From assembly GCA_035439525.1 (NCBI GenBank), contig DAORKK010000001.1, positions 3,695 through 67,694 of the forward strand: a DNA stretch of 64,000 bases, given 5' to 3'. Below, in pieces: positions 32,256-41,963 of the stretch. The notes beneath the pieces were generated by a model, which saw only the letters and a list, made by a program, of their open reading frames with translations, was not told where the DNA came from and ran no database searches. A program made the position numbers and the translations under genes. Position 1 is the stretch's first letter. Every line of letters begins with the position of its first letter. This stretch comes from Chitinophagaceae bacterium. Lineage in GTDB: Bacteria > Bacteroidota > Bacteroidia > Chitinophagales > Chitinophagaceae.

Positions 32256-33233
32256 TTAGCGTGGTACATCCATTCCCTGGATAATCTGACGGATTACATC
32301 ATCTTCACTGATCCCTTCCATTTCTTTATCAGGAGAAAGGATGATCCGGTGACGTAATACGGGTATAACTACAGTCAGTATATCATCAGGTGTTACGAAA
32401 TCCCTTCCCTGCATAGCCGCGATCGCTTTTGAGGCATTCATAATCGAAATGGAAGCACGGGGTGATGCACCGAGATAAATGGACTTATTGTTCCGGGTCT
32501 GGTGAACAATCCGGGCTACAAACTGCAACAGCTTTTCTTCCATCACCTGCATTTTGATCTGTTTCCGCAAGGCATTAATCTGCTCTGCATTCAGTGCCGG
32601 ATTGATCATATCAAGCGCAGAAGTATTGCCCATCTGGTGAAACTGGGTCAGGATATTCATCTCTTCCGTTTCAGAAGGATACGGCACCACGATTTTAAAG
32701 AGGAACCGGTCCAGCTGCGCTTCCGGCAACCGATACGTACCCTCCTGCTCTACCGGGTTCTGCGTAGCCAGTACCATGAACGGAGAGGCCATCGGGTAGG
32801 TTTTGCCATCGATAGTTGCCTGTCGTTCTTCCATGATCTCCAGCAAGGCCGACTGTGTTTTAGCCGGAGCCCTGTTGATCTCATCCACCAGTATTATATT
32901 GCTGAATACCGGTCCTTTTTTAAATTCAAAACTGGCTTCCTTGGGATTGAATACTGGAGTACCTAGTACATCGGACGGCATGAGATCGGGTGTGAACTGG
33001 ACCCGGGAGAAGCCGGCATTCACGCTTTTTGCCACGAGTTTTGCTGTAAGGGTCTTGGCCACACCGGGCACACCTTCGATCAGAACGTGCCCGTCTGCCA
33101 ACAGAGCGGCTATAATCAACTTCACCATTTCATCCTGTCCTACGATAATTTTTTTAATCTCGGAACGGATTGCCATAACTGCTGCATTCAGTGCAGAGAG
33201 ATCGGTACGTTGTTGAAAAATTGGTTCTTCCAT
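32256..33233 (-). CDS. MoxR-family AAA+ ATPase
   Basis: EGVPGVAKT, RVQFTPDLMPSD, DEINRAPAKTQSALLE, EGTYRLPEAQLDRF and GASPRA. Confidence 0.96.
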   Translation of the reverse strand: MEEPIFQQRTDLSALNAAVMAIRSEIKKIIVGQDEMVKLIIAALLADGHVLIEGVPGVAKTLTAKLVAKSVNAGFSRVQFTPDLMPSDVLGTPVFNPKEASFEFKKGPVFSNIILVDEINRAPAKTQSALLEIMEERQATIDGKTYPMASPFMVLATQNPVEQEGTYRLPEAQLDRFLFKIVVPYPSETEEMNILTQFHQMGNTSALDMINPALNAEQINALRKQIKMQVMEEKLLQFVARIVHQTRNNKSIYLGASPRASISIMNASKAIAAMQGRDFVTPDDILTVVIPVLRHRIILSPDKEMEGISEDDVIRQIIQGMDVPR

Positions 33234-33235
33234 AT

Positions 33236-34483
33236 TTATGCTTTTTTATAGAATGATTCAAGTCGGTTATGAAAAAAGGCGAGCTGCCGCTCATGTATAG
33301 TGTGCCCTTCATCCAGTTGCCGGATAAAGGAAACGATTTCAGCAATCTCCTTTTCTTCAACCCCTGACTTAAAGTGGAGCAGCCGGATGAAATCGTCATT
33401 GAGAATACCCGTAGGCAGTTTATAATTGCTTCGTACAAATTCAAGGAAATAGGCACTCATTTTCCGGCATAGATTCTTATGGTCACTCCGGTCATAATAC
33501 AGCCGGCCAATCGTCTTCACAAAATCGAGTGAATCATTGCGCGGTTTCCGTACCACCGGTATATAACGTTGCCGGCGCCGCATTTCCATTAGTACATATA
33601 CAATGAGCAACAGGATTAACAACCAGAATGCGGCCCGAAATGGCTTTTCCCCTTCTGCATTCTTCATATTCATCAGGACCGTCATCCACCCCTTCTGCTG
33701 TTGTGACTGATCGTACGACATTTTTTTATTGAGATAATACTCATCCCAAATAATGGATTTCACTTCCGGGCTGATCAGGGAAAAAACTTTTTCATAATAC
33801 CCGATATTTTTTTCATGCAGTAAAAAATAATTGGAAAAAGCCAGCGGTTCCAGGTGAACGTAAAAATTACCCTTACCCGTCTGCAGGCGGATAAAATCCG
33901 GTCGTCCGCTTTCATCAAAACCGAGCACCTGCGTGTACCGTTCATCCATTTGTGTGAAAAAAGATGAAAAGGTTTTACCGGGGTATTGGTAATGTACAGT
34001 GTCAGTAAATGGCGGAGTATTAAGGGTCAACCGCACTTTTCCATCCTCTTCATCACCTGGATATTGTCTGTAATACTCCGGCGCGTTGCTGCCACAACGA
34101 AGAAATTCGTCAGCTTTGGAAGAGATATAACGGGCACTGACAAAAACATCATTTCCATAACGGGCAAATTCAATCAGCTTCTTCATTTCTGATTCGTCTG
34201 CCCCGAACCGGTCCGTAATACAGATAAATGCCTGCCGGTCATCATATACGGAAACCGAATCCCAATACCCTGGTTCTTTCCGGGTTACCTGTATACGGGC
34301 ACCAGGAAACTGATGAGGCAACTGCTGAAAAGCTACATATGTGGCATAGGGAATTTTATCCTGCCGCTTCAATGTTACACGGTCGTCAAAGTTTCTTTTT
34401 CTGGCCGCCTTCCCGGAAATATATAACAGGATGATGGCGGCAGCCAGCACGGTAACAAGCAAATATGGTAGTATTCTTTTCAA
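33236..34483 (-). CDS. DUF4350-family membrane protein
   Basis: N-terminal TM, DKIPYATYV, AFSNYFLL, second TM followed by RRQRYIP...NDSLDFVKTIGRLY. Confidence 0.78.
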   Translation of the reverse strand: MKRILPYLLVTVLAAAIILLYISGKAARKRNFDDRVTLKRQDKIPYATYVAFQQLPHQFPGARIQVTRKEPGYWDSVSVYDDRQAFICITDRFGADESEMKKLIEFARYGNDVFVSARYISSKADEFLRCGSNAPEYYRQYPGDEEDGKVRLTLNTPPFTDTVHYQYPGKTFSSFFTQMDERYTQVLGFDESGRPDFIRLQTGKGNFYVHLEPLAFSNYFLLHEKNIGYYEKVFSLISPEVKSIIWDEYYLNKKMSYDQSQQQKGWMTVLMNMKNAEGEKPFRAAFWLLILLLIVYVLMEMRRRQRYIPVVRKPRNDSLDFVKTIGRLYYDRSDHKNLCRKMSAYFLEFVRSNYKLPTGILNDDFIRLLHFKSGVEEKEIAEIVSFIRQLDEGHTIHERQLAFFHNRLESFYKKA

Positions 34484-34488
34484 CTGGG

Positions 34489-35331
34489 TTAACGCTTGTT
34501 TTGAAACTGCTCCACATCCTGCGATATCAGCCGGTAGGCGTCCGGCGATACAGCAAACCGGCCATACCAGCTATACTCGTAATGGCGGGTGATACGGAAA
34601 AAGTCATGATAATATTCAGTATTATACAGCTGCATCAGGTAGTCCATATTGGTTTTGTCCTGCTGATAGCGGATCCGGTTTTTCTCTGCCATATGTTTTA
34701 ACAACCGGAGATATTGCAGGCGTACGGCAAGCCGGTAGTCTCCACCTGCAACAGCCTTATCAATTTCCTGCTGATAGCGGATTGCAAATATATCTTCCGG
34801 CATTTCCTCCAGTGAGGGGTCCTTTTTATTTTCAGTCACCAATCTCCTTTTGCGTCTGAACAACCCACTTTCAGCCATATAGTAAATCACTACCGCGAGA
34901 AATACGCCGACAATCACCACCCAAAGAATGGTCGACATCCAGCCAAAACCCCAGTCCGGTTGGATATTCCGGCGGCTCTTTACTTTTTCCGGTTTCTTTT
35001 TTTCTATGTTGGCATTGGCATACCAGAAGTTGTCGTCCTCCTGTAAAGCGTTGATCACACTGTCGGGTACTTTCCGGCGGTAAAGGCTGACTGAATCCAT
35101 TTCACGGAGTGGAATGAAATGTGAAGTGGATTCTTCCTCTTCATCAAGGGTCTCAACCGGCGCCACTTCTATTGTCGTCCGGGTGATGGTGGTGTCTTCC
35201 TCTTCCATATCAGGATCATCTGTTTGCGCCTGCAATAAACCACCCGAAAGCAAGGCCATGATCAGCAAGACCGGATAGCGCTTCCAGGACACAAGGAAAA
35301 AAGAAATCGGGTTCAGGGTATTCCGGCTCAC
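34489..35331 (-). CDS. DUF4129-family membrane protein
   Basis: GDYRLAVRLQY...DKTNMDY...YEYSWYG C-terminal domain; GTG start overlaps the upstream stop. Confidence 0.78.
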   Translation of the reverse strand: MSRNTLNPISFFLVSWKRYPVLLIMALLSGGLLQAQTDDPDMEEEDTTITRTTIEVAPVETLDEEEESTSHFIPLREMDSVSLYRRKVPDSVINALQEDDNFWYANANIEKKKPEKVKSRRNIQPDWGFGWMSTILWVVIVGVFLAVVIYYMAESGLFRRKRRLVTENKKDPSLEEMPEDIFAIRYQQEIDKAVAGGDYRLAVRLQYLRLLKHMAEKNRIRYQQDKTNMDYLMQLYNTEYYHDFFRITRHYEYSWYGRFAVSPDAYRLISQDVEQFQNKR

Positions 35332-36299
35332 TATACTTCCTCCTCGTTTAACTGTACCGATAAGCGCTTATGCAGTCGGATGGGGTAAATGATAAAATAC
35401 CAGATGACAAAAATGACAGAAAGAGAAAACACACCGGTTGTCAGCCAGGAAAGATCGTTATACAGACGTGTTATAAATCCTTCAAAAAAAGCAGCCACAG
35501 CAAATACAGGCAACAGGCCGATCATGATCTTTGTCCCGTCCTTTGCACTTTGTTTGAACGCATCCATGCGTTTGATGGTTCCGGGAAAAAGAAATCCCTT
35601 TCCCAGGATCAGTCCGGCCCCACCGGCTAATATAATCGCCGTAATTTCAAGTGTACCGTGTACAAAAACCACCAGCCAGAAATCTGCAGCCAGTCCTTTC
35701 GCCGCAAATATCTGGTCAAACACACCGACCATCACCCCGGTTTCAGCTAACCCATAAAGGGAAGGTATACCAAGTGCCAGACCAGAGGCAAACATGCGCA
35801 GGGCGACGATCATATTATTTACCATGATTCCCAGCCAGGTCAGGATACTGTTTCCTCCTTCATAGATGCCGAAGGGGTTTCCTTTTTCGATGTTTTTATG
35901 TGTTTCCTCGATATACCGGGGCCCCAGTACTTCGCCGGCAACAGATTCATCCACGGAAGCCGTGAAAAAGCCTATTACAAAAAAAAGGATAAAAAAGAGG
36001 GTGGCAAAAAGCAGTATGCCATGATGTTTGCGGATGGTCAGTGGCAGATCATACTTCCAGAACTTCCAGATCCGGTTGGAATCTTCTTTCCTGTTTTTAT
36101 AAATATCCAGGTATATCCGCGAAGCCTGCGAATTGATATAGTGGGTGACCTTGCCAGATGGATAGAATGTTTTGGCATACGCCAGATCATCCACCAGCTG
36201 TGTAAAGGAAGCGGCCATCTCGTCCGGATCATCCGGGGGGAGATGCTGGTTTTTCAGCCAGCGGTCTTTATTCTTCTTTATAAACAGGGCTTCCCTCAA
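35331..36299 (-). CDS. Stage II sporulation protein M-family membrane protein
   Basis: DDLAYAKTFYP, HGTLEITAI and AAFFEGFITR. Confidence 0.85.
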   Translation of the reverse strand: MREALFIKKNKDRWLKNQHLPPDDPDEMAASFTQLVDDLAYAKTFYPSGKVTHYINSQASRIYLDIYKNRKEDSNRIWKFWKYDLPLTIRKHHGILLFATLFFILFFVIGFFTASVDESVAGEVLGPRYIEETHKNIEKGNPFGIYEGGNSILTWLGIMVNNMIVALRMFASGLALGIPSLYGLAETGVMVGVFDQIFAAKGLAADFWLVVFVHGTLEITAIILAGGAGLILGKGFLFPGTIKRMDAFKQSAKDGTKIMIGLLPVFAVAAFFEGFITRLYNDLSWLTTGVFSLSVIFVIWYFIIYPIRLHKRLSVQLNEEEV

Positions 36300-36393
36300 T
36301 CGATGAATTTTGCTTGTAAAATACTATTTTTAAAATAAGAAAAGCAGGACCTGGCGAATATTATTTCTCCTGTTCTGTACTTACCTTTACCCG

Positions 36394-37209
36394 ATGGCTG
36401 TAATCAAGATTCCCACCAATTTCAATATTGACCTGGAATTCGAAGTACCTGAATTCTTCCGGAGGATCCTTGCCCTTTTTATTGATACCATTCTCCTGAT
36501 CATTTACTACAAGATTTCAGTGGCCTTACTTACCTCAATAGCCGGGAATATGAACAGCCGGTCGGAAGAAAACTGGATGAACCTCCACTGGGCTTCCCTT
36601 TTTATTATACTGGGTCCGATCTTTTTTTATCATATTTCGATGGAGATCCTGCTGAACGGGCAGAGTCTGGGAAAAAAGATCATGCAACTGCGGGTGGTGA
36701 ATGAGAACGGAGGCAAAGCCGGTATCAGCCAGCTTTTTATCCGCTGGATGCTAAGGGATATCTGGTTTTTACTTTTACTCTTAATGGGTTTAGGTAAAAT
36801 ATATACCGGAGAAAACACACAGGCGATCATTCTGGTACTTTCAGTCATCGGCTTCTTTATCACCGACATCATATTGGTTGTAGCGAGTAAAAAAGGGCAG
36901 CGCTTAGGCGACTTGCTGGCGAGGACGATCCTTATCCGCACACAGACCAAAGGCGATATAGAAGATACCGTATTTATTGAAGTGGCCGACAGTTATGTCC
37001 CCTCTTTTCCTCAGATCATGCAGCTGAGCGACCGGGATATCAATTCCATAAAAAACATCCTGGACACCGCGCGCCGTAAAGGGGATTACCATATGGCGGA
37101 AACGGCTGCCGCAAAAATAAAGGCACACCTGAAAATTGAATCAGGTATGCCTGCTTTTGATTTTTTAGATTTACTCCTGAAAGACTACAATTTCCTTTCA
37201 ACCAATTGA
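36394..37209 (+). CDS. RDD-family membrane protein
   Basis: RRILALFID, GQSLGKKIMQLRVV and QRLGDLLARTI. Confidence 0.9.
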   Translation: MAVIKIPTNFNIDLEFEVPEFFRRILALFIDTILLIIYYKISVALLTSIAGNMNSRSEENWMNLHWASLFIILGPIFFYHISMEILLNGQSLGKKIMQLRVVNENGGKAGISQLFIRWMLRDIWFLLLLLMGLGKIYTGENTQAIILVLSVIGFFITDIILVVASKKGQRLGDLLARTILIRTQTKGDIEDTVFIEVADSYVPSFPQIMQLSDRDINSIKNILDTARRKGDYHMAETAAAKIKAHLKIESGMPAFDFLDLLLKDYNFLSTN

Positions 37210-37222
37210 ACTGTTGAAACGA

Positions 37223-37687
37223 TTAGCCCATTACGGCACCAAGTCCCCCGAGTAAGAATAACAGTAAAAACAAAGAAATAAAGATGATGGTGATCACCCC
37301 CATGAAACGGAAGGTCGCCTTTAAATTGCGCATTCCTTCATTCAGTGCCATCTGATCATTTGCATTCAATGCTACCTTGATATGGTTTGAAAACCGGAGT
37401 GTAAAAAGACAGGGGAAAAAGTAGATAATTGCCATAATGATATAAAAAATCATCATCGCCGCACCTGCTGCAGCTGAAGCACCACTGCCGCCCATTTCAC
37501 GACTTAACTCACTGGTGGCACTGCTGATCGCCATAGACGCCACGATGCCTCCGATAACAATAAACCCGCAACCGATCATTCCTACAATGGCAAGCAGTTT
37601 CGCCCAGGAAGCGGTTTCTTTTAAATAACCAGCCGTTACGCTATCAATGCTAAGGCCAAATAATGAGTTTTCCTGTTGTTGTTCCAT
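37223..37687 (-). CDS. DUF5362-like membrane protein
   Basis: YLKETASWAKLLAI and YFFPCLFTLRFS; three TM segments. Confidence 0.7.
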   Translation of the reverse strand: MEQQQENSLFGLSIDSVTAGYLKETASWAKLLAIVGMIGCGFIVIGGIVASMAISSATSELSREMGGSGASAAAGAAMMIFYIIMAIIYFFPCLFTLRFSNHIKVALNANDQMALNEGMRNLKATFRFMGVITIIFISLFLLLFLLGGLGAVMG

Positions 37688-37787
37688 ACAATTTTTTTTT
37701 AGGTTTCAGTAAATATAAAACTCCGGTCTGTTTACTGCAAATAATTTTGCAATGAACAAACCGGAGCGGTTGAAATCGATCCACGGC

Positions 37788-39266
37788 TTAATAGGCCCTT
37801 GCGAAAAGCACCCGTTGTACTGAAGGTTTCCCCGAAAAGATACACATCCCTTCTTCCTGAGGATTATCCAACGGAATACAACGGATCGTGGCTTTGGTCT
37901 TTTCCTTAATGGCTTCTTCAGTTTCAGGGGTTCCATCCCAATGGGCGGAGATAAAACCACCTTTTTCGTCCAGGAGTTTTTCAAACTCCTCCCAGCTGTT
38001 TGCCGGTGTGATATTGGCATCACGGAACGCCTTTGCCTTATCAAACATGAACTGTTGAATCTCCGTCAGCAGGTTATTTACAAAGCCTGCAATACCATCC
38101 AGGCTGATCACCATCTTTTCCTTGGTGTCACGCCGGGCCACTTCCACTACATTTTTCTCGAGGTCACGGGCACCAATAGCGAGACGCACGGGTACCCCTT
38201 TCATTTCATACTCTGCGAACTTCCAGCCTGGTCGGGCATTGTCATTATCGTCGTATTTGACCCGGATACCGAGGGCCTTTAGTTCACTCATGATCGCCTG
38301 CACCCTGGCATCGATCTGGGCTTTCTGCTCATCTCCTTTATAAATCGGAACGATCACCACCTGGGTGGGGGCAATCCGGGGCGGCAGGATGAGTCCCTGG
38401 TCATCACTATGTGCCATTACCAGGGCCCCGATCAGCCGGGTACTTACGCCCCAGCTGGTGGCCCATACATACTCCAGTTTATTTTCCTTATCACTGAACT
38501 TTACATCAAAGGCTTTCGCAAAATTCTGTCCGAGGAAGTGGGAAGTACCGGCCTGTAATGCTTTCCCGTCCTGCATCAACGCTTCAATGCAATACGTACC
38601 CTCCGCTCCGGCAAAACGTTCATTCGCAGATTTCACGCCTTTGATCACGGGAACGGCCATCCAGTTTTCGGCGAAATCAGCATAGACATGAAGCATTTTT
38701 TCCGCTTCTTCAATGGCTTCCTGTTTGGTGGCATGCGCCGTATGTCCTTCCTGCCAGAGAAACTCGGCTGTTCGAAGGAATAGCCGGGTTCGCATTTCCC
38801 ATCGTACCACATTGGCCCACTGATTCACCAGGATGGGCAGGTCGCGGTAGGATTGTATCCAGTCTTTATACGTATTCCAGATGATCGCTTCACTGGTAGG
38901 ACGAATCACCAGTTCTTCTTCCAGTTTGGCTTCGGGATCCACCATCAGTTTCCCTGGTTTAGCGGGATCCGCTTTCAAACGGTAATGTGTTACGATAGCA
39001 CACTCCTTGGCAAAACCTTCCGCATTTTTTTCTTCGGCTTCAAAAAGGCTTTTCGGGACAAAAAGCGGGAAGTAGGCATTTACGTGCCCGGTATCCTTGA
39101 ACATCTTGTCCAGTGCGTCCCGCATATGCTCCCATAGGGCAAATCCGTAGGGTTTTATCACCATACAGCCCCTGACAGCGGAATAATCGGCCAGTTCCCC
39201 CTTCAGGATTAAGTCATTGTACCATTGGGAATAATCGGTGGCCCGCGATGTGATCTCTTTGCTCAT
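37788..39266 (-). CDS. proS: Proline--tRNA ligase (eukaryote/archaea-like type)
   Basis: [36 protein letters not shown] and C-terminal VLFARAY. Confidence 0.97.
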   Translation of the reverse strand: MSKEITSRATDYSQWYNDLILKGELADYSAVRGCMVIKPYGFALWEHMRDALDKMFKDTGHVNAYFPLFVPKSLFEAEEKNAEGFAKECAIVTHYRLKADPAKPGKLMVDPEAKLEEELVIRPTSEAIIWNTYKDWIQSYRDLPILVNQWANVVRWEMRTRLFLRTAEFLWQEGHTAHATKQEAIEEAEKMLHVYADFAENWMAVPVIKGVKSANERFAGAEGTYCIEALMQDGKALQAGTSHFLGQNFAKAFDVKFSDKENKLEYVWATSWGVSTRLIGALVMAHSDDQGLILPPRIAPTQVVIVPIYKGDEQKAQIDARVQAIMSELKALGIRVKYDDNDNARPGWKFAEYEMKGVPVRLAIGARDLEKNVVEVARRDTKEKMVISLDGIAGFVNNLLTEIQQFMFDKAKAFRDANITPANSWEEFEKLLDEKGGFISAHWDGTPETEEAIKEKTKATIRCIPLDNPQEEGMCIFSGKPSVQRVLFARAY

Positions 39267-39433
39267 ATTGCTTGGTTTAACTGCTTTTCAGGCTTTAAAT
39301 CTTATTTAACAGGCGGATATACAATAATTCACGGAATTGGTTAAATCTTTGTACTGTCAATGCAAACGATTGTGTGCCCATATAAGTCGCACAAAAGTAG
39401 TAACTTCAACTTTAACCCGATAAACCATTTGCC

Positions 39434-40153
39434 ATGAAATCATCTGTTTTACTCCTGGCACTCGTTGTAGCTGCTCTGAGCAGTTGTACCACCGCCTACA
39501 AAACAGGGCAAACCCCTGATGATGTATACTATTCCCCTACCCGTCCGCAGGATGAGTATGTTCGTATAGAAAAAGAAGATGACCGTCGTTACCGGTATGA
39601 GGAGGATTTCCAGGAAGACCGTTACCTGCGCATGAAAATCCGTAACCGTAATCAATGGAACGACCTGAACGACTGGTACGCATACGAGCGTTTTGGTTTC
39701 GGCCATAATTACTATTATGGTTCCTATTATAACCCCTATAATACCTGGAATTATTATTACAATCCCTATTGTTCCCATACGATCTTTGTAAACAATAGTT
39801 TTGCTTCCAACCCGCCCAAACCCCGGATGGCGAATCTGAATACTTATAATCCGAAAAGCACCAGCACCGTTTCCAATCCGAAAACACAATTTAACAATCC
39901 TAAATACAGTTTACCCGGGAATAGCAATAACGGGTATAACGGCAATACCTATACCGCTCCGAGAAACAGCAGTTCCAACTCCGGAAGCAATACCGGCAAC
40001 CTGTTACGGACAATTTTCAGCGGAGGAAATAATAATTCATCGTCCGGCAGTTCTTCCGGCACAAAGCCTTCTTCATCATCGTCTTCTTCCAGCAGTTCAT
40101 CCAGCAGTTCTGGTTCCTCTTCTGGCAGCAGCGCCCCGGTTCGCCGTTTCTAA
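39434..40153 (+). CDS. Lipoprotein with a Tyr/Asn-rich middle and Ser-rich tail
   Basis: LSSC lipobox, TPDDVYYSP, low-complexity C-terminus. Confidence 0.8.
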   Translation: MKSSVLLLALVVAALSSCTTAYKTGQTPDDVYYSPTRPQDEYVRIEKEDDRRYRYEEDFQEDRYLRMKIRNRNQWNDLNDWYAYERFGFGHNYYYGSYYNPYNTWNYYYNPYCSHTIFVNNSFASNPPKPRMANLNTYNPKSTSTVSNPKTQFNNPKYSLPGNSNNGYNGNTYTAPRNSSSNSGSNTGNLLRTIFSGGNNNSSSGSSSGTKPSSSSSSSSSSSSSSGSSSGSSAPVRRF

Positions 40154-40237
40154 TTCAATAACGGAAACAATGACCGGCTTTGTAAACTGTCCAGCAATAC
40201 TGGAATCACTATTGACTACCTGTAATTCACTGTTACC

Positions 40238-41782
40238 ATGAAAAAAATAATTTTCATACTGACTTCTTTTGCCTGTGCCGGACCCTTATTGGCCCAGGAT
40301 CCCACCGATGCGCTTCGTTATTCCTGGAATGTGTCCTCCGGTACGGCCCGGCAACAGGCTGTCGGCGGAGCCATGGCTTCCTTGGGTGGCGATCTTTCCG
40401 CCGCGTATGTAAATCCGGCCGGCCTTGGTTTTTACAAAACCGGCGATTTTGTCCTGAGTCCCGGGTTTAATTTATGGAACAATAATGCGACATATTATTC
40501 CCGCCAGGAAAAAGACAACCGGAAGTATGCTTCTTTTGGTGCATCCGGACTGGTAATCGGCAATGGGGCTGAAAAAGACAGGAAAGGACGGAATTCCAGT
40601 TCTGCTTTTGCATTAGCGATAAACCGAACGGCGAATTTTGGCACCAACCTGCTTTACCGCGGACAAAACAACCAGAGTTCCTATTCCCATAAATTTCTGG
40701 AAGAAATCAACGGAGTAACAGATGCCAATGCGGTTGCCCAAAACTATCCGTTTGGCAGCAGTCTCGCTTTTAATACCTATTGGATCGATACAGTGGCCGG
40801 GGGCAGTTCCGGCAACTATCAGTTTCAGACCCGGGCTCCTTTTAGCACCGGTCTGTTCCAGGAAAATGTTGTGGAATCCCGTGGAGGGATCACCGAACTG
40901 GCCCTGGCTTTTGCAGGTGCATCACATGATAAGTGGTTTATGGGCTTCACCCTGGGGGTACCCTTCCTGCGTTATGACCGGACTTCTACTTTTACAGAAG
41001 CGGATGCAGGTACTGATCCCAATAATAAATTTGACTACGCTGTATTTACACAGAATCTCGAAACAAAGGGTTCCGGGGTTAACCTGAAAATGGGCGTCAT
41101 TTATAAACCGGTGGAACATGTGCGCCTGGGACTGGCATTTCATACACCCAGCTTTTACCGCCTGACCGACCAGTACAGTGCTTCTGTTACCACCAACACG
41201 GAGAGCTACCAGGGCACAATGTCACAAACCTCCTCATTTCTGAATAATAATCAGGATGGCCAGTTTTCATACTGGATGTTTACCCCCTACCGGTTAATGG
41301 CCAGTGCCTCCTATGTACTCCGGGAAATAGAGGATGTGCGGAAACAAAGAGGTTTCCTGACCGCGGATATTGAGTATGTGAATTATAAAGCTTCTTCTTA
41401 TACCTCCGATCCGGAAGGAGATAATAGCCAGGGAACGAAAGATTACCTGAAATCCCTGAATAAGGCTATTGACAATGCCTATAAAGGGGCATTAAATTTC
41501 AGGGCCGGTGGTGAGCTGAAGTTCACAACCATAATGACCCGGCTTGGCATTGCCTATTACGGAAATCCGTATCAGGATATTGCCGGAGAAAAAGGGAGCA
41601 GGTTCCTGCTATCCGGCGGACTTGGCTACCGGCATAAGGGCATTTTTATCGACCTGACCTATGTACATACCATGGGTAAGGATGTGGATTTTGCCTACCG
41701 TTTGCAAAACCGGCCATTCAGTGCGGCCACCCTTAAACAAACCGGCGGGAACGTGTTACTGACCCTTGGATTTAAAATTTAA
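40238..41782 (+). CDS. OmpP1/FadL/TodX-family outer-membrane beta-barrel
   Basis: GTARQQAVGGAMASLGGDLSAAYVNPAGL hatch motif; ends GFKI. Confidence 0.85.
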   Translation: MKKIIFILTSFACAGPLLAQDPTDALRYSWNVSSGTARQQAVGGAMASLGGDLSAAYVNPAGLGFYKTGDFVLSPGFNLWNNNATYYSRQEKDNRKYASFGASGLVIGNGAEKDRKGRNSSSAFALAINRTANFGTNLLYRGQNNQSSYSHKFLEEINGVTDANAVAQNYPFGSSLAFNTYWIDTVAGGSSGNYQFQTRAPFSTGLFQENVVESRGGITELALAFAGASHDKWFMGFTLGVPFLRYDRTSTFTEADAGTDPNNKFDYAVFTQNLETKGSGVNLKMGVIYKPVEHVRLGLAFHTPSFYRLTDQYSASVTTNTESYQGTMSQTSSFLNNNQDGQFSYWMFTPYRLMASASYVLREIEDVRKQRGFLTADIEYVNYKASSYTSDPEGDNSQGTKDYLKSLNKAIDNAYKGALNFRAGGELKFTTIMTRLGIAYYGNPYQDIAGEKGSRFLLSGGLGYRHKGIFIDLTYVHTMGKDVDFAYRLQNRPFSAATLKQTGGNVLLTLGFKI

Positions 41783-41803
41783 CTGATGGTACTAAAATAG
41801 TTT

Positions 41804-41837
41804 AAGGCTGTTCCTGTACCGGAGCAGCCTTTTTTTT
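41804..41837 (+). terminator. Intrinsic terminator after the FadL-like gene
   Basis: aaggctgttcc-tgtacc-ggagcagcctt followed by a T run. Confidence 0.85.
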
Positions 41838-41963
41838 AAGAATCGGGCTGTTCCGGACGACCGGACCCGTACTTATACTTGTTTTACCAATTTTACGTTC
41901 ATCATGCGGATTGGTATTGAATTTGCCTGTAGGAAGCGATTACGTATTTTTACAAATAAATAG

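Noticed and set aside
40030-40140. TCN/AGY-rich low-complexity DNA as a repeat element
   Set aside because: It is explained by the poly-Ser tail of the lipoprotein
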